A stretch of DNA of 64,000 bases, from IMG/VR virus record IMGVR_UViG_641736227_000002; one strand, written 5' to 3'. This document shows, in pieces, positions 47,327 to 57,150 of this stretch. The translations under genes were made by a program, and so were the position numbers. The notes below the pieces were generated by a model. It was not told where the DNA came from. It ran no database searches and saw only the letters and a program-made list of their open reading frames with translations. The DNA comes from a virus (taxonomy: Duplodnaviria; Caudoviricetes). How positions within the stretch are numbered: position 1 is the stretch's first letter; every line of letters begins with the position of its first letter.

Positions 47327-47581
47327 TTACTCTTCAACTATGCTCATTTCATGTTTCAATACACCGACTTCTTGACCTTCGCATTTAACAAAATATACAT
47401 TTCCGCCATCGTTTCTACATCTCTCATTTATTCTTATAACTTCATATTCCTGACCGATCGCAGGGCTTGGATTTGTCGGCACACACCGTATTATTTTTAT
47501 TTTCATTGTTTTCTCCTTTTTTAAAACATAATTATGGTTTTTTCCAAAATGGAAATAACCACCAAATCTTAAATTAAACAA
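47327..47581 (-). CDS. Hypothetical protein (true start probably MKIKII)
   Basis: AAAGGAG RBS within ORF. Confidence 0.5.
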   Translation of the reverse strand: MFNLRFGGYFHFGKNHNYVLKKEKTMKIKIIRCVPTNPSPAIGQEYEVIRINERCRNDGGNVYFVKCEGQEVGVLKHEMSIVEE

Positions 47582-48050
47582 TTTCTCTTGCCGCCGATCT
47601 AAACATCATGAGCAGCATTTCTGATACAGGTCTCTTTCTGTTTTGTCTTACTGCTTTTTTTACAGATTTTAGATCATACCAATCGCCTCGGTAATTTTTT
47701 TGTCCAGGTACATATACGCCTACTTTATACGGTATTTCATTTTTCACCTGCTCATAAACGCCTTCCGGCATAATGTAATAGTTGAAGTCGCCCAGAAAAT
47801 TATGTCCGTTTTTTGAATGAAAATCTTCTACGGAAGATTTAATTTCATAACAATAAAAATCCCCTTTCTCAATCCCTGAGACAGTATTGTTCAGGGGCTT
47901 AAACCGCATGAAATCCACTCGAACCGCAGCACTTGTACCATAGTCGAATGTAACTTCGGCAGCCATATAGACCCTTGGATCATTGCGTTGATTTATATGT
48001 TTTCTAATAGCTAAAGATAACATTTTTGTTATCTCTGGTCGCTTACTCAT
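47574..48050 (-). CDS. MmcB-like PD-(D/E)XK nuclease-fold protein
   Basis: EVTF...RVDFM...CYEIKSSVEDF. Confidence 0.65.
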   Translation of the reverse strand: MSKRPEITKMLSLAIRKHINQRNDPRVYMAAEVTFDYGTSAAVRVDFMRFKPLNNTVSGIEKGDFYCYEIKSSVEDFHSKNGHNFLGDFNYYIMPEGVYEQVKNEIPYKVGVYVPGQKNYRGDWYDLKSVKKAVRQNRKRPVSEMLLMMFRSAAREIV

Positions 48051-48073
48051 TCTGTACCTCCTTAAATCTCAAC

Positions 48074-48430
48074 TTACACCTCTGACTTAGTTTCTGCCCA
48101 CAGCCGATCCAAGTACCACCTTGACTTTTCCAGATCCTCTGTTGCCTTTCCTTTCTTGTCATACCGCCACAAATATTTCATTGCATTTCCCTTTAGGAAG
48201 CCGCAAAATTCGGCGTGCGACATGCTTGCCTTTAGTGCATCTATACATTCAATTTCCCCGCTTGTGTAATGATCTGGATGGTTTACCGGATCCGCCTCGT
48301 TCCCCTCCCAATATTTGCATTTATGATTCTCTGTAATAGCCCCGCTTATTACACTTTCACAATTTCGGCATGTTTTCTCTATAGCATCGTAAAAATAGCA
48401 TGTTCCGCACCATTTATCTTGTATTTTCAT
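48074..48430 (-). CDS. DUF3310 (SaV-like) protein
   Basis: DPVNHPDHYTSGEIECID, GNAMKYLWR..KKG..EDLEK. Confidence 0.88.
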   Translation of the reverse strand: MKIQDKWCGTCYFYDAIEKTCRNCESVISGAITENHKCKYWEGNEADPVNHPDHYTSGEIECIDALKASMSHAEFCGFLKGNAMKYLWRYDKKGKATEDLEKSRWYLDRLWAETKSEV

Positions 48431-48526
48431 ATTCCCTCCTTCCTGCCCGCCGGAGCGGGCTGTAAAACAGGATGCCTACTGGTTTCTAAGTTACGTGTGA
48501 TATATATAGACCCAATGGGTAAATAC

Positions 48527-48721
48527 CTAATTCTTTTCCTGGCTTTTTAGCCAATTTAACTGTCTTTTGTATAAATCTAGATACATTTCTTTGTTTTTTT
48601 CGTATACTCCTGTTTCTAAATCATTGTCTATTTTCCCCAGGAGCATTTCTACTGCTTCTGTTTCTACGGGCTGCGATATTCCTGTTATCTGCTCTAGTTT
48701 TTCGTGGTTTGTCATTGTCAT
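48527..48721 (-). CDS. Hypothetical protein
   Basis: GGAGG RBS, in operon. Confidence 0.6.
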   Translation of the reverse strand: MTMTNHEKLEQITGISQPVETEAVEMLLGKIDNDLETGVYEKNKEMYLDLYKRQLNWLKSQEKN

Positions 48722-48740
48722 ATTCCTCCCTTCCCTGGCT

Positions 48741-49199
48741 TTATTTTGCCCAGGTAACGTATGCAGCGGATGACGATGGATATACTGTTTTAAGCAAATT
48801 TCCTTTTCTATCCCTGTGGTTCCTATCCCGGAAGATTCTTGGCCTTTTCTCTTCTTTCTCTATTTTCTTTTCCTGGGCTATTTCCTGTTCCTTGCGTTCA
48901 AAATAATCTTCTACCCACTCATTTAAAAGCCAGAGGGAAATGCCTTGCTCGTTGGCGATCTCCTTCTTTGTCTTGCCGTATACATACTCTAATACAGCCT
49001 TTTCCTTTTGTTCTTTTGTGAATAGTGCACCGTTATTTTGTTTCTTTTGCCCTTTGGAATAATACGCCGTGGTCCAAGAGTGTACGGTGCTTTTTGCTAT
49101 GCCGTATTTCTCTGCAACTTCTCTCTCGGACATACCGTTTTCTTTGCGGTCCTTTACGACTTGCTCCTTAAAAGCATCTGTGTACCTCTTTCTATTCAT
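48741..49199 (-). CDS. Tandem-HTH protein
   Basis: Two HTH_Tnp_1-like units (YTDAFKEQVV..., FTKEQKEKAV...). Confidence 0.7.
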   Translation of the reverse strand: MNRKRYTDAFKEQVVKDRKENGMSEREVAEKYGIAKSTVHSWTTAYYSKGQKKQNNGALFTKEQKEKAVLEYVYGKTKKEIANEQGISLWLLNEWVEDYFERKEQEIAQEKKIEKEEKRPRIFRDRNHRDRKGNLLKTVYPSSSAAYVTWAK

Positions 49200-49348
49200 C
49201 TTTTTTATCCTCCATGATCCACTTTATATCACGGTAATTGAAATGATGAACTTCTTGTTTGAATATACAGGCCACGCCCAGCAGGCAAAATTCTGCGAAT
49301 CGAAAGAGAGTTTGTAATAGCTCTTTCTCTTCCTCGTTACACATGATC

Positions 49349-49762
49349 CTAATCACTTTCTGCCACCACCCTGTATGTCCCGGCACTGGCCCCGGTTTCC
49401 TTGTCAAAGACACGTTTCCCGGTCTTCTCGATCAACCCACGCTCCTCTAAGCCTTTTAACCGGGGTGCAACGGACTGCCGCTCCTTGCTGTAATGTATCC
49501 CCGCTAGACACATGCCTATTGCGATCTGATGTGCTGTCAAGTCCTGCCCCTGCTCCTTAAGCCACGCATAAATCCGGTTCTCCATGCTTCTCTTGTCTCC
49601 GGCACTTAAACCTGCTCTACGGCACTCTTTCGCCGTCTTCTCTGCAAAATATTTCTTTGCACTTTCCGGCAAGTCCTCCGGAATCGGCCGGCTTTTTTTC
49701 TTCGGCTTCGGTTCCGGCGGCTCCTTACAGCCGATGTCCTCAAAAAATCCTATCTGCTCCAT
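49349..49762 (-). CDS. Winged-helix-like hypothetical protein
   Basis: LTAHQIA...APRLKGLEERGLIEKTGKR. Confidence 0.65.
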   Translation of the reverse strand: MEQIGFFEDIGCKEPPEPKPKKKSRPIPEDLPESAKKYFAEKTAKECRRAGLSAGDKRSMENRIYAWLKEQGQDLTAHQIAIGMCLAGIHYSKERQSVAPRLKGLEERGLIEKTGKRVFDKETGASAGTYRVVAESD

Positions 49763-49765
49763 GCT

Positions 49766-50557
49766 CTAACCTCCTATCTGCCGTTTAAAGAGCTGTTTTT
49801 CCAGCTCGTCATAGTCATAGTCACGTTCCTCAAAGTTGTGGAACTGGTTATTTGTCTGCTTCTTCACAACCGCCTTTGGCTTCTCATAGTTCCCATCAAG
49901 GTAATCTACATACCCGGAATTAAAGAATGTTGATCCATTCTGCGGTTTTCTCCAATCGTCCTGTTTGAGATCCTCGATGTACCTCGCCATAGCCCGTCGC
50001 ATTTCCTCCTCGCCAATCTCAGCGATCTTTCGTTTCTTTGCATCGGACACTTGGCCTTTTCCCCGTTTATTCGGGTATGCTTTCCACAGGCGTTCAAACA
50101 GTGCGTTGGCGTCAGCCTTGCACAATGTATTTATTGTATTTGGATTAGGATTCGGATTGGATTGGATTACGGGGACATCTGAAATCATCTGCTTGCAAGT
50201 GCTTTCATGTGTAATAATCTGTGCGTCAGCTTCATCCAATGACGGGTATTTGCTTTTCTTTGCCCGTATGGTCTGATGTTTCTCCCAAGCTACAATTTGC
50301 AGATACGGCTTCTCTTCAACCGTGTAGGTGGTCACAATACCTGCCGACGATAGCTTATTAAGAGCATTTTCAATTTGATTATCAGTGACATTTTTCAATG
50401 GAAAGCAACTGCCTTTTATGATTGGTATCCTCGCATCAAACCTTCCGTAATCATCACAACTGACCATCAGCCTATAAAACAGCACTTCTTCAAACCATGT
50501 AAGGTCGTTAATACTGTCGCTGGTCCTGATGGATTCCTTGATAATGCGATTAGGCAT
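49766..50557 (-). CDS. Replication initiator protein
   Basis: MPNRIIKESI, DDYGRF, WEKHQ, FERLWKAYPNKRGK, GSTFFN...DYL. Confidence 0.85.
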   Translation of the reverse strand: MPNRIIKESIRTSDSINDLTWFEEVLFYRLMVSCDDYGRFDARIPIIKGSCFPLKNVTDNQIENALNKLSSAGIVTTYTVEEKPYLQIVAWEKHQTIRAKKSKYPSLDEADAQIITHESTCKQMISDVPVIQSNPNPNPNTINTLCKADANALFERLWKAYPNKRGKGQVSDAKKRKIAEIGEEEMRRAMARYIEDLKQDDWRKPQNGSTFFNSGYVDYLDGNYEKPKAVVKKQTNNQFHNFEERDYDYDELEKQLFKRQIGG

Positions 50558-51317
50558 CTATACCACGCTCCTCCAACAAGGGTTCTATCCGGCGTTTTAA
50601 CTGAGTCCAATTTGCACAGTCAATAACAATTCCTTTTATCTCCTGAAAATCACTCTCGGAATGGATCAGCTGCGTAAGCCATTTGAATAATTTATTTTCA
50701 TCCACATAAGAAAAATTGGTTCTGCAGATCTTTTTTATATAGTTGATATAATACAAATATGGATTGTTCTTTTCTTTTTCTCTGGAATAACAGATTCTTT
50801 CTATATAATTAAATGCTTTTGTCGTGCTCTCATCGTCACCGTCATAGTACCGATCCATAGAAATTTTAGAGGACTCATACACTTCTTCAAAGCCAAATTT
50901 GTTTATCAAGCCCTTGCACCATTTTCTCCCGTATTCTGAAAATCCTTGACCGCAAGTACTTTGTAGAAACTGTTCGATTGCATCTATCTGATCTTCAACA
51001 AAGTTATGTAATCCCTGCTCCCACTCCAGCATCATCTCTAGCTGGTTTCTTCTTTCATTTAGCTCATCAAGCTGTTCCTTTTTCTTTTTGATTGTCTCTG
51101 AATCAGATAATTCTGTTTTACCTTTTCCACGGTTACAATCTCGGCAGGATGTAATCAGATTCATGATGTCATTGTCTCCGCCGTTCGCTACCGGATTGAT
51201 ATGATCTACTTCTAAAATCACATCAGGGGCACTTCTTCCGCAATACTGGCAAGTAAATGAATCCCTTTTAAATACTTCAAATCTTATTTTTTTACTCAGT
51301 GTTTTCCTTTTCGCCAT
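50550..51317 (-). CDS. HNH endonuclease
   Basis: RFEVFKRDSFTCQYCG, EVDHINP, NLITSCRDCNRGK. Confidence 0.9.
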   Translation of the reverse strand: MAKRKTLSKKIRFEVFKRDSFTCQYCGRSAPDVILEVDHINPVANGGDNDIMNLITSCRDCNRGKGKTELSDSETIKKKKEQLDELNERRNQLEMMLEWEQGLHNFVEDQIDAIEQFLQSTCGQGFSEYGRKWCKGLINKFGFEEVYESSKISMDRYYDGDDESTTKAFNYIERICYSREKEKNNPYLYYINYIKKICRTNFSYVDENKLFKWLTQLIHSESDFQEIKGIVIDCANWTQLKRRIEPLLEERGIDA

Positions 51318-51651
51318 CCTCTAACTCCTTTCCTGCCGCCCATTCCCGGTATAGTTCTATCCAGTCATCGAGCAACATGGTAACTTTCCAAGGCTCTCGG
51401 TTTTTCCGGTGCATTACAACTGGCTTTTCGCTCTCCTTTGCATCGCTACGTGCCTGAGCCATTGCGGCATCCAGATTCAATTTCTCTACCCGCTTACATT
51501 CGATATGTATGTACGGTAGGCCGACCACGTCAGCGTCCCCGTTAGCCCCGCAGTATTGCTGGCCCCTGCGGGTGTCGTATCCATGCTCCCGGAGAATCTT
51601 AGAAAGCTCTAATTCTCCCTTTTTCCCTTTACTCCTACTGTTTATAGCCAT
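51292..51651 (-). CDS. Holliday junction resolvase-like nuclease
   Basis: SRSKGKKGELE, DADVV, IECKRVE. Confidence 0.75.
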   Translation of the reverse strand: MAINSRSKGKKGELELSKILREHGYDTRRGQQYCGANGDADVVGLPYIHIECKRVEKLNLDAAMAQARSDAKESEKPVVMHRKNREPWKVTMLLDDWIELYREWAAGKELEDGEKENTE

Positions 51652-51923
51652 GACTTGCCAAACTCCCTCCTGAATGCCTCACGGTCGCCTATGTGGTCTT
51701 CAAAATACTTTTGTGCTGCCATCTTAACTGCAAGGTCGAGGACCGGATCAAAATGTATGCCATAATTACTCATGTTGTGGTGCCAGGCACAGAGCCAGAT
51801 CTTCATGCCGTGTTCTTCGGATTTTCGCCTGTTTGCAGTTCCTTCAAAAACATGGTGGCAATGTAGGTCTTGTTCTGCCCCGCAGACATAACACACCTTT
51901 TCAGTCTGTAGTACGCTTTTCAA
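51642..51923 (-). CDS. Zn/HNH-like recombination-module protein
   Basis: CYVCG, HHVF, LCAWHH. Confidence 0.7.
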   Translation of the reverse strand: MKSVLQTEKVCYVCGAEQDLHCHHVFEGTANRRKSEEHGMKIWLCAWHHNMSNYGIHFDPVLDLAVKMAAQKYFEDHIGDREAFRREFGKSWL

Positions 51924-52470
51924 ACTTCATCCCCCACCTTTCTTCCATCCGCCTGATTTCTTCCGGCGTTGCTGTCTCTATGCCAAGAGCCTTTGCCTCC
52001 TGTACGGTTCCTTCAATTAACCGTGACATTTCTTTTGTGTTATATGTATGCGAACCTCGCATGACAAGATTGACACGAAACACCTTTCCTGCACTGTTTA
52101 TATGCGTCTCTGTCGTCGGTTGTAGGTGCGCAAACTCTACATCATAGGCGTTTATATCATCGTCCAGCGGCAAGCTCACAAGATTACCACCAATCCGTTC
52201 ATATTCTCCGTACTCGGAAATAAGACGGTTCTTTATGTAAACGTTGCTTTGCCCTGTGACATCTGCAATTTTCCCGATCAGCTCATGAAAATAAGAATTT
52301 GCATTAAGGCTCCTTTTTTCTCTGTATTGTACGATCTTCACAGACAACTTATCTTTGTCTTTCAGTCGGTCATATTCTTGCCTCACATCCTCATTTAGTT
52401 CAATTTCAATCTTCTGGCGGCCTGACACATAGTCTATTGCCAGACCACCTAATTTCCCAGTACATTCCAT
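51901..52470 (-). CDS. NinB/Orf-like recombination mediator
   Basis: KRSLNANSYFH; GSHTYNTKEMSRLI. Confidence 0.75.
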   Translation of the reverse strand: MECTGKLGGLAIDYVSGRQKIEIELNEDVRQEYDRLKDKDKLSVKIVQYREKRSLNANSYFHELIGKIADVTGQSNVYIKNRLISEYGEYERIGGNLVSLPLDDDINAYDVEFAHLQPTTETHINSAGKVFRVNLVMRGSHTYNTKEMSRLIEGTVQEAKALGIETATPEEIRRMEERWGMKFEKRTTD

Positions 52471-52473
52471 AAG

Positions 52474-53049
52474 CTACTTCTCTTTATCTGGCGTATTTTT
52501 AAATAAATCCATAGCTCTCTTAAATCCAGATGTTCTTATTTCGCTCCAGCTTTTAACGCCGATTGCATAAAACATTTTAGTTTCGGTCACTCCGGTACGA
52601 GCCATTTCTTTTTTTAATACGTTTATTTTTATTTCGTCAATCGGTTCATCGCCTTCCTGATCTTTCCCTTTGTTTGGGAGATCCTCACCACTATAAATGT
52701 ATAATCCAAGGCCAAACATCGCCAGATTCTTAGTAAGGCATCGCATGATCGTTTTATTAATATCAGTTGCTGTCGGCTGCATAATCGTCTTATTTCGATG
52801 ATCCATGACTGGAAGCCACATTTCTAAAGTTTCTCCTTCGATGGTCACATTGGTCATAACCATACAACCTACTTCTTTATCAAGGAAGTATGGAAGTCCT
52901 CTGTCGTTTTTGACCACAGTATATGTAGCATCTGGATATCTCTTTTTCACTTCTTCCCAGGCCTTGCTCCATGAAAGATATGTAAGGTGCCCTTTCATTT
53001 CTGTATAATCGTTCACATTTATATTGTTTAATGTCTCAAAAGTGCTCAT
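52474..53049 (-). CDS. Sak-type ssDNA annealing protein (DUF1071)
   Basis: LTYLSWSKAW, WLPVMD, INKTIMRCLTKNLAMFGLGLYIY.GEDLP. Confidence 0.88.
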   Translation of the reverse strand: MSTFETLNNINVNDYTEMKGHLTYLSWSKAWEEVKKRYPDATYTVVKNDRGLPYFLDKEVGCMVMTNVTIEGETLEMWLPVMDHRNKTIMQPTATDINKTIMRCLTKNLAMFGLGLYIYSGEDLPNKGKDQEGDEPIDEIKINVLKKEMARTGVTETKMFYAIGVKSWSEIRTSGFKRAMDLFKNTPDKEK

Positions 53050-53050
53050 G

Positions 53051-53281
53051 CTATGCCCTCCTTAAATAATGGATCTCCCGGTTTATATGTTGCTGTGTAA
53101 TCTCGTCTACACTTTCCATCTCATCCCCGTCCGGGTAGTAATGCCATCCCTGTTCCCATCTGTAAAACCAGTCCAGGAAAGCATCTTCCATTAATGCATC
53201 TCCGGTTTCCACGGATTCCAGAGCGTACTCAAACGCCTCACTCTCCGGTATCCGTTTCCCGTCTTTTTCATAAAATCCCAT
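53051..53281 (-). CDS. Hypothetical protein
   Basis: AAGGAG RBS, in operon. Confidence 0.6.
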   Translation of the reverse strand: MGFYEKDGKRIPESEAFEYALESVETGDALMEDAFLDWFYRWEQGWHYYPDGDEMESVDEITQQHINREIHYLRRA

Positions 53282-53600
53282 TCTTATTCTCCTTTAATAA
53301 AGATAGCAATAGATCACGACATTTCGTAAACTCCTCATTATCCAGCTCTTCGTCAAGGCGAAAATCATAAGCAAATGTCGGACTAGCAAAAGAACTCCAC
53401 CCATTCAAAAAGACTTCAATTTCTAACACCGCCACATGGCCTGAAAATCGAAAAAATACTGTAGGTCCAGATTTTTCTCCTCTCTGTCGTTTTTCTATTG
53501 TCCCGTCTTCCCCTCTCTGCACATCCATACAGAGTTGGCAAAGGTATAAATATTTATCTTTCACCATTTTCAAAAACCTCCGATCTGTGCTATAATGCAC
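53268..53600 (-). CDS. Hypothetical protein
   Basis: In operon; GGAGG RBS near 53580. Confidence 0.6.
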   Translation of the reverse strand: MHYSTDRRFLKMVKDKYLYLCQLCMDVQRGEDGTIEKRQRGEKSGPTVFFRFSGHVAVLEIEVFLNGWSSFASPTFAYDFRLDEELDNEEFTKCRDLLLSLLKENKNGIL

Positions 53601-53872
53601 ATAGACATATATTTTTAGTGTTTGCCCTTGGAAGTGCCAGCTTCCGGGGCTTTTTGTTTTTCTAAACGCTCCAATCCCTTCATGATCCCTCTTAAAACAT
53701 ACTTTTCTTGTGCGTATGGAATCGGAATCTCCTCCCGGAGTGCTGCAAGCATTACCTGCGCATCTTTTTTATCTGCCATTTATCTCACCTTCTTTCTATT
53801 GTTTTCTTCCCATATATCTCCTATAATTTAAGTACAGGTATTATTTACCAAGTACATAAAAGGAGGTGTTAC

Positions 53873-54076
53873 ATGAACAGAACTGCTGTTTCATCTAGTC
53901 GTATCAGTAGTGTTGGCTGGGAAAACTCCACACTGGAAGTGCAATTCCATAATGGAGCAATCTACCAATACTACGGCGTGTCATATGATGAGTATCGAAA
54001 TTTTATGAGTTCCAGCTCTTTAGGTTCCGAATTGTCACGGTTAGATAAGCACCATAGATACGCTAGGATTGTTTAG
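53873..54076 (+). CDS. KTSC domain protein (counter-oriented moron)
   Basis: VSSSRISSVGW...LEVQFHNGAIYQYYGV....F...SSLG; AAGGAGG RBS. Confidence 0.88.
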   Translation: MNRTAVSSSRISSVGWENSTLEVQFHNGAIYQYYGVSYDEYRNFMSSSSLGSELSRLDKHHRYARIV

Positions 54077-54349
54077 TGTTTGATGGGATAAAAGCCTGGT
54101 CTTGTACCACTTTTATTCCATCCTCTTTTATAATCAAAGATACATATGGCATTTTGTTATCTTTTAAATACTCAACAGCTTTTTCACATGCCTTTTCAAT
54201 TTTCTTAATTTCTTCTTCGTTCAAATTTCACTCCTCCTTACAATTTTCGTTTCCATGCTACCCCTGCCGCCCAGAAAGAAATGGCAAGCCATTTTTCTCC
54301 TGCTAAGGCAAACGCGCAGCCTAAAAGCAAGATGATGTTTCCATATGCT

Positions 54350-54628
54350 CTATCCATCACATCCCTCCTTTTCCGGTTGATATAAGATCCCTGTTACTTC
54401 CCAAAGTAATTTTGGACTAATGTAATAGCTCATCTTTCCGGTTTTCTCTGACGGCTTTGCATACCCGATGGGCAGCCATCCTTGTTCGATCCCAGCCCGA
54501 ATAAATGTAGCGTCCTTTTTCATTACTTTGGCGACGAACGCAACAGGTACGTTGCAGGCCGGGAACTTTGGCATGTTTATATAGGATGTAAGTAGTCTTA
54601 ACACCTGTTTATTGCTCACATTTATCAC
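54350..54628 (-). CDS. Excisionase-like DNA-binding protein
   Basis: VAKVMKK...FIRAGIEQGWLPIG...YYISP. Confidence 0.6.
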   Translation of the reverse strand: MINVSNKQVLRLLTSYINMPKFPACNVPVAFVAKVMKKDATFIRAGIEQGWLPIGYAKPSEKTGKMSYYISPKLLWEVTGILYQPEKEGCDG

Positions 54629-54714
54629 CTCATTTCTCTTGTAAATATTTCCTTTTCTCCTTATAATTTAAGTACAGGTGTTGCAGCACCGAGTACATAA
54701 GAAAGGAGAACATT

Positions 54715-54972
54715 ATGACTATTGATGAATTAATGAAGGAAATAGATAGTAAAGTTGACACTATGTTTTCAGACTATTCATTCTACGATGCAATCAAAAA
54801 CGATTCTGTTAATAAATGTAACGAATATTGCAAATCTAAAAACGAAGAGCCAGGTTTTACCTTGTTAGTAAATTTCATGGATGAAAACGTCTTGAAAACA
54901 GCTATTTCAATTTCAATGAAAGAAACAATCAAACTCTTGTACTCTCAAAATCTGTTGCGAGTTGACGATTAA
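54715..54972 (+). CDS. Hypothetical protein (counter-oriented moron)
   Basis: Own promoter and GAAAGGAG RBS. Confidence 0.7.
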   Translation: MTIDELMKEIDSKVDTMFSDYSFYDAIKNDSVNKCNEYCKSKNEEPGFTLLVNFMDENVLKTAISISMKETIKLLYSQNLLRVDD

Positions 54973-55342
54973 TTTCTTTTATATCAACAGATACGGGATT
55001 CACGGAAAAGTCTTTGGTTCTGCATTTTCTTTCTTCAATGCAAAATTCAAACGATTCCGCTTTTTTTAATGAATCTCTAATTTGACAAGCCGCACTTTCA
55101 ATGATAGCTGTTGACGGTGTGGCTTTTTCGAGTTCATTTTCAAGAATTGAAAAATTTAACCTGGCATTTCCAATGAGATATTCAAGCACATTGATATTGG
55201 TAATCCTTTCGTGTATATATACGATTTCTTCTGACTTGTTAAATTCTCTTTCTACCTTCTCTAGTGCGCCTGCCAAAGCATTTTTAACCTCACACCCTTT
55301 TTCTGCTTCTTCTATTTGCTGTATTTCTCTTTGCAAATTCAT
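54929..55342 (-). CDS. Hypothetical protein
   Basis: GGTAGGTG RBS, in operon. Confidence 0.6.
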   Translation of the reverse strand: MNLQREIQQIEEAEKGCEVKNALAGALEKVEREFNKSEEIVYIHERITNINVLEYLIGNARLNFSILENELEKATPSTAIIESAACQIRDSLKKAESFEFCIEERKCRTKDFSVNPVSVDIKEINRQLATDFESTRV

Positions 55343-55365
55343 CTTTTATATCACCTACCTTTTAT

Positions 55366-56064
55366 TTACAAAGACATCTGCGCATTGCATCCATCAATCA
55401 TCCATCTTGTTCCCTGGCTCGGACTCCACGATTTAACAAAAACAATCGCCTCGTCAAACCTCTTTTTTGGAACATTGTTTCTACTATTTACAGTGAATTT
55501 TTCTTGAATATCATGATTGATCTCAGAAAATACCTTTTTGCTCACTTCCTTGTAAGCATTTGATTCTTTTCCACCTAGAGCATTAACTACGACCTTGTTT
55601 ACCTCGTTTCTTAAAGTCAGTTGCTGTCCGTAATCAATCACCATGTTATTTTCAAGATCTGTCACTCTTCCATCAATCTTTACAATTTTTTCATCATGCA
55701 TTAAAATCGCTTTCATTTCTGTTGAGTAATTCTTCATTTCATAGGAGCCTGTTTTACGGAGAGATGGGAGGACTTCGCTTGTCACCCAATGTTTAAACTT
55801 CTTCGCTGATTCCAATTTGCTTCCGAAGATCAGAGCATATAAACCGGACTCATTTATAACAGTCATTCCTCTTGGAGAATCAAAACTGTTATTTTGGCAG
55901 TTTTGCTTATCTTCTAGGTCTACATGCTTTTTTAGTGCCCCAAAATAATCAGCGTATCCGAGTGCAGTTGCCACATCTTTTCCTACAAACCAAGGTTCGT
56001 TGTTAATAGTTACTGTTCGCATCTGCCCGAACTCAACATTTTCAAAAATCATTAAATCTTTCAT
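55366..56064 (-). CDS. Antirepressor (BRO-N + ORF6C-like)
   Basis: PWFVGKDVA, INESGLYALI, WVTSEVLPSLRKTGSY. Confidence 0.9.
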   Translation of the reverse strand: MKDLMIFENVEFGQMRTVTINNEPWFVGKDVATALGYADYFGALKKHVDLEDKQNCQNNSFDSPRGMTVINESGLYALIFGSKLESAKKFKHWVTSEVLPSLRKTGSYEMKNYSTEMKAILMHDEKIVKIDGRVTDLENNMVIDYGQQLTLRNEVNKVVVNALGGKESNAYKEVSKKVFSEINHDIQEKFTVNSRNNVPKKRFDEAIVFVKSWSPSQGTRWMIDGCNAQMSL

Positions 56065-56078
56065 ATTTCACCTTCTTT

Positions 56079-56306
56079 TTATAATGAATTTACGGTTTTA
56101 TCGTAATCTAGAGGTAAAAAAATAATCTGTGCATATTTAATGCCATACAATTTTTCAATTTTTCTTAGAACAGGTATATCTGGATATGATTTTCCTCTTT
56201 CATAGTTACTTAACGTATCTACAGATATTCCTAGCATTTTAGCGGCTTGATACTGTTTTAGCCCTCTCAATTCTCTCGCATTCTTTAATGTCATTCTTGA
56301 CTCCAA
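56079..56306 (-). CDS. Cro-like XRE repressor
   Basis: LKNARELRGLKQ..AAKMLGIS..TLSNYERG. Confidence 0.9.
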   Translation of the reverse strand: MESRMTLKNARELRGLKQYQAAKMLGISVDTLSNYERGKSYPDIPVLRKIEKLYGIKYAQIIFLPLDYDKTVNSL

Positions 56307-56334
56307 TCTTATCCCTCCTTTCTGCTTAATTAGA

Positions 56335-56420
56335 CTATACTACGATTTAAACGTAATGTCAACGTTTTTATCGTATTTTTTTAAAATTTTATTGATTTTT
56401 TTACGGTAAAAACTTATAAT
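56335..56420. promoter_or_regulatory. Lysis/lysogeny switch: divergent promoters with TACG-N7-CGTA operators
   Basis: TTGACA-17-TATAGT (minus); TTGATT-17-TATAAT (plus); operators at 56341, 56361, 56402, and another at 56091. Confidence 0.78.
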
Positions 56421-56455
56421 AGAAATACATTAATATTGAAAGAAAGGAGACGAAT

Positions 56456-57085
56456 ATGGGTGGACTAGGAAACAAGGATATAATGGCGAATAATATAAAA
56501 TACTATATGAATCTAAATGGAAAAACAAGAAACGAAATGTGTGAGGCACTGGGGGTAAAATATACAACTTTTACCGACTGGGTTAAGGGGAATACATATC
56601 CAAGGATTGATAAAATAGAATTAATGGCAAATTACTTTGGTATTGAAAAATCCGATTTGGTTGAACAAAGATCTGTAAACCGCAAACATAATGCCGTAGA
56701 AATAAATGTCTTGGGGCGTGTTGCCGCTGGAATCCCAATCGATGCAGTAGAAGAAATTATTGATACAGAAGAAATAACCGAAGATATGGCAAAAACAGGA
56801 ACATTTTTCGGACTTCAAATACACGGAAATAGCATGGAACCAAAATTTAGTGAAGGTGACGTTGTAATTGTTAGACAACAAGATGATGCAGAAACAGACG
56901 ATATAGTGATTGCTATCGTAAACGGTGATGAGGCTACTTGCAAAAAATTAAAGAAGTATAATGATGGTATTGTTCTTATCTCAACAAATCCTGCATATGA
57001 ACCTATGTATTTTTCAAACAAAGAAATAATGGACAAGCCTGTAAAAATAATAGGGGTCGTAAAGGAATTACGCGCAAAATTTTAA
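56456..57085 (+). CDS. CI repressor (HTH + S24 autopeptidase)
   Basis: VAAG cleavage site, GNSMEP, ATCKK. Confidence 0.95.
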   Translation: MGGLGNKDIMANNIKYYMNLNGKTRNEMCEALGVKYTTFTDWVKGNTYPRIDKIELMANYFGIEKSDLVEQRSVNRKHNAVEINVLGRVAAGIPIDAVEEIIDTEEITEDMAKTGTFFGLQIHGNSMEPKFSEGDVVIVRQQDDAETDDIVIAIVNGDEATCKKLKKYNDGIVLISTNPAYEPMYFSNKEIMDKPVKIIGVVKELRAKF

Positions 57086-57150
57086 ACTTAAATATACTTA
57101 ATAATAAAGAGGGATGTAGCTTTTAACTTTTTTACAATAAGGAGGATAAA

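Noticed and set aside
48741-49199. IS3-family transposase OrfA / IS element
   Set aside because: Only HTH units; no DDE OrfB, terminal inverted repeats or target duplication; sits in the phage operon
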